Shown here in pieces: positions 1-9,603 of a stretch of DNA of 64,000 nt. The position numbers were made by a program, and so were the translations under genes. Each line of letters begins with the position of its first letter. Position 1 is the stretch's first letter. A model generated the notes under the pieces. It had not been told where the DNA came from. It did no database searches and saw only the letters and a list, made by a program, of their open reading frames with translations. This stretch comes from Candidatus Omnitrophota bacterium. Its GTDB lineage: Bacteria; Omnitrophota; Gorgyraeia; Gygaellales; Profunditerraquicolaceae. The stretch lies in contig JBDRLN010000066.1 of the NCBI GenBank assembly GCA_043812955.1, forward strand, positions 64,885 to 128,884, read 5' to 3'.

Positions 1-917
1 CTAAAAATGAATTCCTGACCGACTTTGGAGTCCTTTTAGGAGAACAGATCTCCACACTGCTTCGTCCGACTTTAGAGCGCTTGGTCTTGGAGATAAACCG
101 GACTATCAGTTACTATGTAAAAACATTCAGGGGCGCCGTCATTGATGAGTTATATATAACCGGAGGAAGCTCACGGTTGAATAATATAGATAAATTCCTG
201 CTCTATAATCTTGAGGGTGTAAAAAAGGTTGAGCATTTAAACGTACTTAAATCGGTCAAAGGCTGGGATGATACAGGGGTGTTAAAGCAGGAGTTGGTAA
301 TAGAGCAGGCTGCGCCGCATTTAAGCGTAGCTTTTGGCCTTTGTTTTGGCAAGGGGGGCCGGGTTAACCTTCTGCCGGCAAAGGAAAAGTTGGAACAGAA
401 AACGATTTTTCTGGCTAACCTTATGGGTATATTTTTTCCCGTAATCCTGATTTTATGCTTAGTTTTCTATGGGTTTATTTACAAGGATTCATTAAAATAC
501 GAAGAGTTAAATCAAAAGTTGGACCAAGGGATCCGTAATTTGGAGCCTATTGCCCGTCGGGTCAGGGAATATATGAGCATCAAGTCAAGGCTAGAACAGC
601 GTAAAGATATCCTGGAGAAAGCCAGAGGAAAGCAACCTCCTTGGTGGGGCATATTGAAAGAATTGAGTAATATTACTCCCAAAGAGGTGATTCTCCGGCA
701 GGTAACCTTAGGCCAGGGAAAGAGCGATAAAGAGATTCTCTTGGTTGGCAAGATTTTTGCCAAATATACGATCGTTGATGTGGCGGTCTCCCAGTATCTT
801 ATGGCCCTGGAAGAATCTCCGTTTTTTATTAATGTCGAACTGGTCTCTGGTAAAACCGATATGTATTCAGCAATCCCGGCGGCGGATTTTAAAATTTCCT
901 GCCGGCTGGTTTATTAA
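1..917 (+). CDS. pilMN: Type IV pilus assembly protein, PilM C-terminal part fused in frame to a PilN-like domain (5'-partial; the frame is open to the window edge)
   Basis: The ORF continues upstream of position 1 with no stop. The PilM-like actin-fold C-terminus (ELYITGGSSRL) runs straight into an NLLP motif and a single TM helix typical of PilN. pilO/P/Q follow immediately. Confidence 0.8.
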   Translation, partial: KNEFLTDFGVLLGEQISTLLRPTLERLVLEINRTISYYVKTFRGAVIDELYITGGSSRLNNIDKFLLYNLEGVKKVEHLNVLKSVKGWDDTGVLKQELVIEQAAPHLSVAFGLCFGKGGRVNLLPAKEKLEQKTIFLANLMGIFFPVILILCLVFYGFIYKDSLKYEELNQKLDQGIRNLEPIARRVREYMSIKSRLEQRKDILEKARGKQPPWWGILKELSNITPKEVILRQVTLGQGKSDKEILLVGKIFAKYTIVDVAVSQYLMALEESPFFINVELVSGKTDMYSAIPAADFKISCRLVY

Positions 918-920
918 AAA

Positions 921-1532
921 ATGATTAAAGAAAAAGATAAGTTTATCCGTATCGCGGTGTATATTAGCGCTTCTTTAGGAATTCTGTTCCTGGTTTATTT
1001 TCTGGTGGGCAAGCCGGTTATTGGTTATTCTAATAGGTTAAAAAAAGAATTTAAATCCCGGCAGGCTAAGCTCAAAGAATCAGAGTCCTTGGTCAGGTCC
1101 ATGCCTAACCCGACTAAAGCCATTGAGGATATCGAAGATAGGGTTCAGGAGTTTAACGATATGGGGGTGAGTAGGCGGCAGTTGCCTAAACTTATCCAGA
1201 TCCTGGCAGGCCTAACTTCCAATAGTAACATCAACTTAATCTCTATCCGCCCCCGCGATGATATCCATTCCGGAAACGAAGACCTGCCTCCGGGGATAAG
1301 CAAGGTTTATGTTGAGATGATCATAAATTGCTCTTACCGGACCTTGGGGGAATATATAAAATCCCTGAATGAAAAGGCGGCATCTTTTTCTATCGAGTCT
1401 ATAACTATATATAGAAAAGAAAGCAATGTTGAAGCAGCCGAGGCAAAAAAATCTTCAGAAAAAACAGATGAAAAGCCGGTAAGTTTAGTGATTACCCTGC
1501 TTTTAAGTACTTATATGATTTGGGAGCTATAA
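921..1532 (+). CDS. pilO: Type IV pilus assembly protein PilO
   Basis: N-terminal TM helix, coiled coil and C-terminal domain. It sits between the pilN-like domain and pilP/pilQ, and is tightly coupled (4-nt gap). Confidence 0.7.
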   Translation: MIKEKDKFIRIAVYISASLGILFLVYFLVGKPVIGYSNRLKKEFKSRQAKLKESESLVRSMPNPTKAIEDIEDRVQEFNDMGVSRRQLPKLIQILAGLTSNSNINLISIRPRDDIHSGNEDLPPGISKVYVEMIINCSYRTLGEYIKSLNEKAASFSIESITIYRKESNVEAAEAKKSSEKTDEKPVSLVITLLLSTYMIWEL

Positions 1533-1538
1533 ATTATT

Positions 1539-1991
1539 ATGACAAAAGAGGTAAAGCAGTTTATTATGGTCGCGGTTTTGGTAATAGTTCTTATTTTCGT
1601 GATGCTGAGTAGTTTTAAGAAAAAACCAACTAAAAAGAAAGCCCCGATAGTTAAATCTCCTGCTGAATTGGCTGTTGATATAAAAGCATTATCGCCAGGC
1701 CCGGGCATTCTTTTGGATAATAAGGAAATTGCCTTGCAGAAGCAGAGGATGGACTTGGATTGGGGTAAGGATCCTTTTAACATGGCTATAGAAAAAGAGT
1801 TCCAGCTAGCTGACCTGAAATTAAAAGGAATATCTTATGGCGAGGGGAAAAAAGGTTATGCCTTTATTAATGATGAAATAGTAAAACCGGGGGATCGGGT
1901 CGGGGATTACGAAGTTGTTGAGGTGGAGAAAAATAAAGTCTTGCTGCAGAAGGCAGGCCAGAGTTTTTATCTTGCTTTTGAGCAGGAATGA
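1539..1991 (+). CDS. PilP-like pilus assembly protein (small, N-terminally anchored, Lys-rich linker, C-terminal beta domain)
   Basis: Size, N-terminal TM and linker, plus position directly upstream of the secretin gene. Confidence 0.5.
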   Translation: MTKEVKQFIMVAVLVIVLIFVMLSSFKKKPTKKKAPIVKSPAELAVDIKALSPGPGILLDNKEIALQKQRMDLDWGKDPFNMAIEKEFQLADLKLKGISYGEGKKGYAFINDEIVKPGDRVGDYEVVEVEKNKVLLQKAGQSFYLAFEQE

Positions 1992-2007
1992 AGCAATCAA
2001 AAACCTT

Positions 2008-2040
2008 ACACCCCGTAGGTGTAAGACACCTACGGGGTGT
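2008..2040 (+). promoter_or_regulatory. Perfect 15-bp-stem hairpin (ACACCCCGTAGGTGT-AAG-ACACCTACGGGGTGT) in the pilP-pilQ spacer
   Basis: Read directly: perfect inverted repeat with a 3-nt loop and no downstream T-run, lying between the pilP stop (1991) and the pilQ RBS. Confidence 0.6.
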
Positions 2041-2065
2041 ATACGGGTTAATTGAGGTGAAAAAT

Positions 2066-3490
2066 ATGAAAAGAAAGATAGTAATTTTTAGCCTGACATT
2101 TTTATTCCTCTTTAGTTTATCGCCGGGTAATCTTATTTTTCCCCAGGAGGATATTGAAAAACAGGTGATTGAATCCCTGGAATTCCGGGAAGTAGATATT
2201 AAGGATATCCTGAGGCAGCTGGCTAAACAATACAATCTCAATATCGTGTTTTCCGAGAACGTCAAAGGCCTGGTAACAGTGCAATTAAATATTGTCACTA
2301 TAGAACAGGCCATGGATTCTATAATTACGGTTAACGGGTTTTCTTATACCAAGAAGGAGAATGTGTATAAAGTTTCTACCCAGGAAGAGGCTTTACGCGA
2401 AGGAAAACAGACCAAACTTTTCAAATTGAATAACGCTGATGCCCTTAAGCTCAAAAATACCCTAGCTAAGGTTTTAACTGCCGAAGGCTCGATTGAAGCA
2501 GATAGCCGGTCTAATTCTATCCTGGTTACGGATTCAGTGAATGCGATCAATAAGATTGAGCAAATGATGTCGGTATTAGATGAGCTTACCCCTCAGGTTT
2601 TAATTGAGGCCAGGCTTATCGAAACCTCACTTACTAAAGCCGAAAATTTGGGTATTCAATGGGATACTACGATTGCAGCCAGTGGAGCGAAACGTCCGGT
2701 TACCTTTCCTTTTGATCCTTTAGGCGCTGGGACTGCTGACGCTAACCAGTGGTATAGGAACTATTTTCCTTCTTCCAACCCTACTGATACTAATTTTACC
2801 ACTACTTCAGGCCAGGCGTTTCCTTTTATTAACGCTACCAGTTTTACTTTTGGCACCCTGGATTTTTCTCAGTTGGCCGCGACATTTAAAATTCTTAAAA
2901 CCCGCGAAGATACCAAGCTTATCGCTAACCCCAGGATTGTAACTATCAATAATCAAAAAGCTACTATAAATGTAGGCAAGGTGATTCCAATAGCTACCTA
3001 TCAAATGGACTCAACTACCGGCCAATGGCTGGTTACCGGCTGGGAAAATATTAACGTGGGCATTAATCTGGAGGTTACTCCTCAGATTTCACCGGATGGG
3101 CATATCCGGTTAAAACTTAAGCCTGAGGTAAGCAGCGAGGTCGGCAGTATTGGTACGGGTGTAAACCAGAGGCCGATTATCACCACCCGCACTGCCGAGA
3201 CCGAAGTCCAGATCAGGGATGGCCAGACTGTAGTGATCGCCGGGTTAGTCAAAACCAAAGATTATACTCGAGTAAGCAAGATTCCTATTTTAGGCGATAT
3301 ACCTTTTTTGGGGTATTTATTTAAACGCAAGACCGAAGGCTCATCAGAACCTAATGAGAAAACCGATCTGATGATTTTTGTCACTGCCCGGATTATGAAA
3401 GATAATAAGGAGCCGCTGGTCGGCTGGGATACCAATATTTTAAGCTCTGTGCCCAGGCCGTTTAAATTAGAGAGCAGGGTCATTAAGTAA
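2066..3490 (+). CDS. pilQ: Type IV pilus secretin PilQ
   Basis: Signal peptide, then a secretin/GspD-PilQ C-terminal domain (IANPRIVTINNQKATINVG; ILGDIPFLGYLFKRK; VTARI). The ATG at 2066 has a GAGGTG RBS. The ORF track's start at 1988 overlaps the hairpin and is less likely. Confidence 0.85.
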   Translation: MKRKIVIFSLTFLFLFSLSPGNLIFPQEDIEKQVIESLEFREVDIKDILRQLAKQYNLNIVFSENVKGLVTVQLNIVTIEQAMDSIITVNGFSYTKKENVYKVSTQEEALREGKQTKLFKLNNADALKLKNTLAKVLTAEGSIEADSRSNSILVTDSVNAINKIEQMMSVLDELTPQVLIEARLIETSLTKAENLGIQWDTTIAASGAKRPVTFPFDPLGAGTADANQWYRNYFPSSNPTDTNFTTTSGQAFPFINATSFTFGTLDFSQLAATFKILKTREDTKLIANPRIVTINNQKATINVGKVIPIATYQMDSTTGQWLVTGWENINVGINLEVTPQISPDGHIRLKLKPEVSSEVGSIGTGVNQRPIITTRTAETEVQIRDGQTVVIAGLVKTKDYTRVSKIPILGDIPFLGYLFKRKTEGSSEPNEKTDLMIFVTARIMKDNKEPLVGWDTNILSSVPRPFKLESRVIK

Positions 3491-3491
3491 T

Positions 3492-3606
3492 GTTAAGTAA
3501 GTTAAGAAAGTTAAATAGGAAAAAAAGAGGTTGAGCGGATTGCCAAAGAATCAGTGTAACGCTTGTAACATTCTTAACGTCTTTAACCTTCTTAACTTCT
3601 TTTAGC
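3492..3606. repeat. Array of 9-bp-periodic GTTAAG / CTTAAC motifs arranged as a long imperfect inverted repeat
   Basis: Left side: gttaagtaa gttaagaaa gttaaatag. Right side: tgtaacgct tgtaacatt cttaacgtc tttaacctt cttaacttc. The outer arms are near reverse complements. Confidence 0.6.
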
Positions 3607-3629
3607 GTTATATATACGGAGGTTTAATA

Positions 3630-5051
3630 ATGAAAGATAAGAAGATGTTAATATTTATAATTTTTGTTTTGATTGCCGGATTTATATTTATTTATATCTC
3701 CCGGCCGATCCATAAACCCAAGTTGATCCTGCCCGGACAAACCAAGGGGGTCTTGGGATTAAACGATCAAATAGAACAGTTAAGAGGGGTGGTCCGCAGC
3801 CTTATTCAATTAGAGGGTGTTTTAAAGCAGCAGCTGGAAGAGCAAAAAATGAAGTTTGCCGACTTAGAAAAAAACTTTATGGGGGTAGTTTTCAATAACG
3901 AAGCTCTCAATAAAGAACTATCCTTGTTCAGGGCAGGCCTGGACTTCGCTAAACCTTTAAAACAGAGGCTGGTTTTAATAGAGGAGAAATTGGCTAATTT
4001 TGACTTTGCCCAAGGTAAAGAAAAGCAGATCATCAAACAACTTCAGGATATAAATAAATCTCTGGTTGCGGTTGATAATCAGATGCCCTGGTTTGTAAAT
4101 GAAGATAAATTATACCGCGTCAAGGCCCAAGCCCTGGAAAGCGAATTGGTCGGTATCAAACAGGACCTAAAGCAGGAGCAAATTAAAAGAGAGGCCTTGA
4201 GCCGGGAATTCAACGCTATAGACCTGGAGTTGAAAATGGCTAATAAGGCCAAGGCTTCTGCCGGTGAAAGAGCGGCAGCCCTGGAAAAGGAGACGGTTGA
4301 ACTTAAAAACAAAAATAGTTATTTAAACGAAGAAATAAAAAAAAGCGATCAGTCTTTAAAGGAGATTGCCAGGAGAGAGGCTCAGTTAATCCGGGATAAG
4401 GAAGGCCTGGCCAAAAATAAGCAAAAGCTGGAGGATGAGGTAGGCCGGCAATCCCAAGCTATAATCCCCTTAAAAGAAAAGAATAAGGAGTTAGCCGAAG
4501 AATTACTTAGCCTTAAGCGGGAACTGGATCAATTAAGCCGGGAGCGGCAGGTAATGCTCAAGGCGATGGATGAGGCCAAGGCGGCTATTTTAAATTATCA
4601 GAAGCTCCAGCAGGAGGTAGCGCGGCTGCAGACTCAGCTTGAGAAGGTAAATATTGATTACGCCGGCCTTAAAGAAGAATATAATTCGGCCCGGGAATCT
4701 ATTAAACAGGATAAACTGGAATTGGGTAGCCGGGCAGACCGGATATTGGTCCTGCAGGGAAAGACCGCTGATATAGATAATAAACTTATTGAACTGCAAT
4801 TAAAATATAAGGAGGCGGAGAAAGAATCCGTTTCCTTAAGAGAAGAGAATGTGGCTATTCAGCTGGAGAAGGAAGAGCTTGGCCTTGAGTTGAGCAGGAC
4901 AAAAGAAAAACTAGTTGAGCTGGATAGTAAGTTGCAACAGATCGGTAGTGTTTTTGGCGCAGGCCAAAGACTCGCTGAACCCATCGGGAAGAAGGTGGAT
5001 GTAAAATTAGTGCCGGAAGTCCAAATAAAATCAGCCGGAGAAGAAAAATGA
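3630..5051 (+). CDS. Membrane-anchored long coiled-coil protein (hypothetical)
   Basis: N-terminal TM helix followed by ~430 aa of heptad-like E/K/L/Q-rich sequence. No enzymatic motif recognised. Confidence 0.6.
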   Translation: MKDKKMLIFIIFVLIAGFIFIYISRPIHKPKLILPGQTKGVLGLNDQIEQLRGVVRSLIQLEGVLKQQLEEQKMKFADLEKNFMGVVFNNEALNKELSLFRAGLDFAKPLKQRLVLIEEKLANFDFAQGKEKQIIKQLQDINKSLVAVDNQMPWFVNEDKLYRVKAQALESELVGIKQDLKQEQIKREALSREFNAIDLELKMANKAKASAGERAAALEKETVELKNKNSYLNEEIKKSDQSLKEIARREAQLIRDKEGLAKNKQKLEDEVGRQSQAIIPLKEKNKELAEELLSLKRELDQLSRERQVMLKAMDEAKAAILNYQKLQQEVARLQTQLEKVNIDYAGLKEEYNSARESIKQDKLELGSRADRILVLQGKTADIDNKLIELQLKYKEAEKESVSLREENVAIQLEKEELGLELSRTKEKLVELDSKLQQIGSVFGAGQRLAEPIGKKVDVKLVPEVQIKSAGEEK

Positions 5052-5704
5052 TTATAAGAAAACTTTCAGGAATGTTTACGGGCGTTTTTTTATTTATAGG
5101 CGCGGGTTTAGTTTTTGCTCAAGGCCTGGATATCGGGTTATCTAAAGAAGAGAAAGTCAAGAAGGCCCGGGAGTATTATTCCTCCGGAAGAGAAATGTCC
5201 CGGCAGGGCAATTTTACCCAGGCCAATGAGGCGTTTAAAAAAGCCCAGCAGCTTTTAGGAAGGGAAAAACTTAAATCCGTTACAGCTTTAGCAGCTCCGG
5301 TTGGCAATGCTCCGGCCCAGGCTGCTTTAAGCCAGGCTGCCGCTAAGAAAGAAATAGAACCCCTGATTATTAAGGGAACCCCGGAGGAGATGTCTATCCA
5401 CTATTTAAGAGCAATTGAAAAATCTCCCAAGGATTCGAATTTATATTATAATTTAGGGGTGGAGTATCTTAGATCTAACCGTTTCAGCCTGGCGGCCGAA
5501 GCCTTTAATCAGGTTATCCGGTTAAACCCCAAGGACAAAGACGCTTATTATAACCTGGGGGCATTATGTGAAAGCTACTTTAACGATAAAAACCGGGCCG
5601 TTATTTTTTATAGCCAGTATCTTAAATTAGCCGATAATAATGACGACGCATCCCGGGTAAGGAGCTGGATCAAGCAGATAAAAAAAGAATCAGGCGATAA
5701 ATGA
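5048..5704 (+). CDS. Secreted TPR-repeat protein, candidate PilF/PilW/Tgl-like secretin pilotin
   Basis: Signal peptide and TPR repeats (YYNLGVEYLRSNRFSLAAEAFNQVIRLNPKDKDAYYNLG). ATGA-coupled to the coiled-coil gene and directly upstream of pilB. Confidence 0.6.
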   Translation: MIIRKLSGMFTGVFLFIGAGLVFAQGLDIGLSKEEKVKKAREYYSSGREMSRQGNFTQANEAFKKAQQLLGREKLKSVTALAAPVGNAPAQAALSQAAAKKEIEPLIIKGTPEEMSIHYLRAIEKSPKDSNLYYNLGVEYLRSNRFSLAAEAFNQVIRLNPKDKDAYYNLGALCESYFNDKNRAVIFYSQYLKLADNNDDASRVRSWIKQIKKESGDK

Positions 5705-7518
5705 CCGATAAAGAATTAGAGAATTTATTAATAAGGACTAAACTTTTAACCCAAGAAGAGCTTTTCCGGGCTGTTGATGAGATGAAAAAACTCAAGCGGC
5801 CTTTAGAAAAAGTTATTTTGGAAATATGTCTTCTCTCCCGTCCGGTGCTTTATGAGGCGATTGCCAAGCACCTGGGGTATGAATATATAAAACTTGAAGA
5901 GGTTGAGCCGGATCCGGAATTGATCAAAGTTATGCCTGAGGCCTTGGCCCGCCAGACCCAATCTGTCCCCATAAAAATAGAAAATAATACTCTGCATGTG
6001 GCGGTAACCGACCCCACTGACCTTTATTCCATTGACCAGATCCAGATGCATACCGGGATGGCTTTGGAGGTGGTTTTATCCAGTCCCCAGGAAATAGAGG
6101 ATAGGCAGAACAAGCTTTATGTAGATCACAGGGTTAACAAAGATTTCATGGAGGATCTGACTAGGGCGGTGTCTTCAGATGTCAAGATTGTATTTACCGA
6201 TGCAAGCTCTATAATTAAATTAGTTGACTTGATTGTTGCTCAGGCAGCGCATGACCGGGCCTCGGATATCCATATTGAGCCGGAACAAGAAATGACCCGG
6301 ATAAGGTTTCGGATCGACGGCATACTGCATGAAATACCGTCTCCCCCCAAGGAATGGGAACAGGCGATTGTCTCCAGGGTCAAGGTATTGGCAGGCATGG
6401 ATATCGCTGAAAGCCGGGTTCCCCAGGATGGGCATTTCCAGGCTAAGATAGAAGAAAGGATCATTGATTTTCGTGTTTCTACCGTGCCTACTATTTTCGG
6501 AGAAAATTTGGTTATGCGTTTATTGGATACGAATTCAGTAACCATCGGTTTGGAAAAATTAGGGTTTACTACTTATGATGAATTAAAAAGATATGAAGCT
6601 ATTATCTCTAGGCCTTACGGAATAATTTTATCAACTGGTCCTACGGGGAGCGGTAAAACCACCACTCTTTATTCAGCCTTGATGCGGATTAATACCATTG
6701 ATCGCAATATTATCACTATCGAAGACCCGGTTGAATACCGCCTCGGACTTATCCGGCAGATCCAGGTAAACCCTAAGGCCGGGATCACTTTTGCTAATGG
6801 GCTAAGGGCGATCCTGCGCCAGGATCCTGATGTTTTAATGGTCGGCGAGATCCGGGACCTGGAGACCGCCATAATCGCTATCCAGTCCGCCCTAACCGGA
6901 CATTTGGTCTTTTCCACCCTACATACTAATGATGCGCCTTCGGCAGTCACTCGTTTAGTCAATATGGGAGTTGAGCCTTTTTTGATCTCAGCTTGTTTGA
7001 TCGGAGTTATGGCCCAGCGCCTGATCCGGACCATCTGTGATAAGTGCAAAGAGTCTTACGAGCCATCTAAATCCCTAATAGAAAGATGGGGATTAAGCGA
7101 TAAAAAAGGAGTTGTTTTATACCGGGGTAAAGGATGTGATAATTGTAAAGGCACAGGTTTTCGGGGGCGCAGCGGGCTATTTGAATTAATGACAGTTGAT
7201 GATGAACTAAGAGAGATGATTATCTCGGAAAGCTCTACTGTTTTATTACGTAATAAATCCCGGGAAAAAGGCATGCGGGTTTTAAGCGAGGACGGGATCG
7301 CTAAGGCCCTGGCTGGCATCACTACTATTGAAGAAGTGGCCAGGGTATGCGAAGAGCGGGTGGAGATTAAAAAGACCGAAGAATCGGTAGTTAAGGTCGA
7401 GCCTTTTATTAAGACTGCGTCAACAGCTCAAAAATCCGGAGCTAAGCCTATAGAGGTTAAGGTCTCGGATTATGAAGAATACCAGAAGCGCATAGCTAAC
7501 TGGTTAAGCAATAAATAG
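5701..7518 (+). CDS. pilB: Type IV pilus assembly (extension) ATPase PilB/GspE family
   Basis: N-terminal T2SSE_N domain; Walker A GPTGSGKTTT; DPVEY; Walker B/His box (VGEIRD); tetra-Cys (CDKC...CDNC). It carries a ~60-aa C-terminal extension. Confidence 0.9.
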   Translation: MTDKELENLLIRTKLLTQEELFRAVDEMKKLKRPLEKVILEICLLSRPVLYEAIAKHLGYEYIKLEEVEPDPELIKVMPEALARQTQSVPIKIENNTLHVAVTDPTDLYSIDQIQMHTGMALEVVLSSPQEIEDRQNKLYVDHRVNKDFMEDLTRAVSSDVKIVFTDASSIIKLVDLIVAQAAHDRASDIHIEPEQEMTRIRFRIDGILHEIPSPPKEWEQAIVSRVKVLAGMDIAESRVPQDGHFQAKIEERIIDFRVSTVPTIFGENLVMRLLDTNSVTIGLEKLGFTTYDELKRYEAIISRPYGIILSTGPTGSGKTTTLYSALMRINTIDRNIITIEDPVEYRLGLIRQIQVNPKAGITFANGLRAILRQDPDVLMVGEIRDLETAIIAIQSALTGHLVFSTLHTNDAPSAVTRLVNMGVEPFLISACLIGVMAQRLIRTICDKCKESYEPSKSLIERWGLSDKKGVVLYRGKGCDNCKGTGFRGRSGLFELMTVDDELREMIISESSTVLLRNKSREKGMRVLSEDGIAKALAGITTIEEVARVCEERVEIKKTEESVVKVEPFIKTASTAQKSGAKPIEVKVSDYEEYQKRIANWLSNK

Positions 7519-7530
7519 GAATAGTAAATT

Positions 7531-8361
7531 ATGTATGAATCTTACTGGTGCCTTAAGGAAAAACCTTTTCAGAATACTCCCGACTCAAATTATTTATATT
7601 TATCCGGCCAGCATGAAGACGCGCTGATGAAGCTTAGTTATGTAGTGGCCCAGGATCTGGGGTGCGGCCTGCTTACCGGGGTATTTGGGTGCGGTAAGAC
7701 ATTGTTAGGCCGGGTAGTAGTTAATGGTCTGGGCAAAGACAGATACGCCTCGGCTTTTGTCAATTGCCTTACTGCGTCCGAGCCTGCGGAACTACTGCGC
7801 GCAATTGTCCGGAGTTTAAGCCCCCAATCTTTGCCGGAGAAGAAAACCGAGATAATGGCTGATTCCCTGCTGGAAAAACTGAATAATATATTATTGGATA
7901 ATATCCGCGACGGAAAACGCAATATAATAATAGTTGACGAGGCCCATACCATCGAAGACCCCCGGATATTCGAGCAATTGCGGATGATCCTGAATTTTCA
8001 GCAGGAGGATAAATTTCTGCTGACCCTCTTGATCTTCGGCCAGCCGGAGTTAAAAGATAAGGTTACTATCTCTAAACCCCTGGAACAGAGGATTGCGGTG
8101 CGCTGCCATTTAAACCCTTTTAGCGAAGAGGATGTTGGCAAATATATCCTGCACCGTTTAAAGATATCCGGAAGGCCTGATCCTTCGGCCGAGGTTTTTA
8201 CCAAGGAGGCGATAAAGTTTATCGCTAAATACTCCGGGGGCATCCCCCGCAGGATCAATACGCTTTGTGATCTGGTTTTAATGACCGGTTTTGCCAAGAA
8301 GGCCAACCAGATCGATCAGGACCTTGTGGAATTAGCGATCAAGGATTTTAACGTTACCTAA
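7531..8361 (+). CDS. ExeA/GspA-like AAA ATPase (AAA_22), short form without TM or peptidoglycan-binding region
   Basis: N-terminus MYESYWCLKEKPFQNTPDSNYLYLSGQHEDAL matches the ExeA signature. Walker A GVFGCGKT; Walker B IIIVDEAH. Confidence 0.75.
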   Translation: MYESYWCLKEKPFQNTPDSNYLYLSGQHEDALMKLSYVVAQDLGCGLLTGVFGCGKTLLGRVVVNGLGKDRYASAFVNCLTASEPAELLRAIVRSLSPQSLPEKKTEIMADSLLEKLNNILLDNIRDGKRNIIIVDEAHTIEDPRIFEQLRMILNFQQEDKFLLTLLIFGQPELKDKVTISKPLEQRIAVRCHLNPFSEEDVGKYILHRLKISGRPDPSAEVFTKEAIKFIAKYSGGIPRRINTLCDLVLMTGFAKKANQIDQDLVELAIKDFNVT

Positions 8362-8370
8362 AGGATAGGT

Positions 8371-9600
8371 ATGGGTATATACATTTATAAAGCGGTAGAT
8401 TCAAGCGGTAAAATGATCAAGGGTGAAATGGAAGCGGCCAGCGAGGTTGAGCTTACCACCCAATTGGCTAAAACAGGTTATTTAGCGGTAAGCATAAATT
8501 TTAAAAAACAAGTCTTACCAAGTAAATCTATTTTTGAAATAAATCTGTTTAACACAAAAAAAACCGTTAAACAGGAAGCGGTCGTTGTTTTTACCCGCCA
8601 GTTCGCCACCATTATCAAAGCGGCTATACCGATAATCGAGGGTTTAGGGGTTTTGGCTGAGCAGGCCGAAGATCCGGTTTTAAAAGAGGCCTTAAAGCAG
8701 ATCGTTCGGGATGTCGAGGGAGGCATTAGCCTCTCCCAGTCAATGGCTAAACACCCCGGAGTTTTCTCTCCACTCTACGTAAATACCGTGATCGCCGGAG
8801 AAAGCGGCGGTGTTTTGGATAAAGTGTTGCTGAAATTATCAAAAGTAATGGAGGATGATTTTGAGACCCGCACGAATATAATGGCTGCCCTGAGGTATCC
8901 GATAATGACGATAATCGCACTTGTAATCGCGATCGTTGTGCTTTCGGTTTTTGTCGTGCCTCAATTCGCCAAAGTATATTTAGACGCCAAAATGAATTTA
9001 CCTTTGCCTACCCAAGTAATGATCATGATCAGTAATGTACTGATTCATCAGTGGTACCTGGTGATCGGCGCAGCGGCAGGAGTATTTTTCGGGGTAAAAC
9101 AATACATTGCTACCAAGCCAGGAAGGTTCTTCTGGGACGGGCTTAAGTTTAAAATAATTATTTTTAATAAGGTCTACATCAAGATGACCATGCTGCGTTT
9201 CGCTTCAATGTTAAGCGTGCTTCATCAGGCCGGCCTGCCGGTGCTTAAGACTTTAGATATTGTTTCTTTAACTATAGGCAATGCCATATTAGCCAAAGAG
9301 GTAGAGGCGATAAAGCGCGATGTTTCCGACGGTAAGGGTATCTCCGGAGCTGTTTTAAACTCAAAATTCTTCCCCCGTTTAGTCGGTTATATGATCTCAG
9401 TCGGGGAAAAAAGCGGTTCGCTTCCAATGATGCTGGATTCCCTTTGCGATTATTTTGATCTGGAAGTTAAAAACGCGATTAAAAATTTGACTACGATGAT
9501 TGAACCGGTGATGACCGCTTTTCTCGGGGCCGCGGTCTTAGGCATGGCCCTGGCGATATTCCTGCCCATGTGGAGCATGATCCAGGTGCTCAAGAGATAG
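8371..9600 (+). CDS. pilC: Type IV pilus inner-membrane platform protein PilC/GspF family
   Basis: Two GspF repeats with three TM helices; typical ~400-aa layout. Position after pilB. Confidence 0.85.
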   Translation: MGIYIYKAVDSSGKMIKGEMEAASEVELTTQLAKTGYLAVSINFKKQVLPSKSIFEINLFNTKKTVKQEAVVVFTRQFATIIKAAIPIIEGLGVLAEQAEDPVLKEALKQIVRDVEGGISLSQSMAKHPGVFSPLYVNTVIAGESGGVLDKVLLKLSKVMEDDFETRTNIMAALRYPIMTIIALVIAIVVLSVFVVPQFAKVYLDAKMNLPLPTQVMIMISNVLIHQWYLVIGAAAGVFFGVKQYIATKPGRFFWDGLKFKIIIFNKVYIKMTMLRFASMLSVLHQAGLPVLKTLDIVSLTIGNAILAKEVEAIKRDVSDGKGISGAVLNSKFFPRLVGYMISVGEKSGSLPMMLDSLCDYFDLEVKNAIKNLTTMIEPVMTAFLGAAVLGMALAIFLPMWSMIQVLKR

Positions 9601-9603
9601 ATT

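Noticed and set aside
1988-2065. Upstream ATG extension of pilQ given by the ORF track
   Set aside because: It would translate through the perfect hairpin and lacks an RBS. The ATG at 2066 has GAGGTG at optimal spacing and starts the signal peptide.
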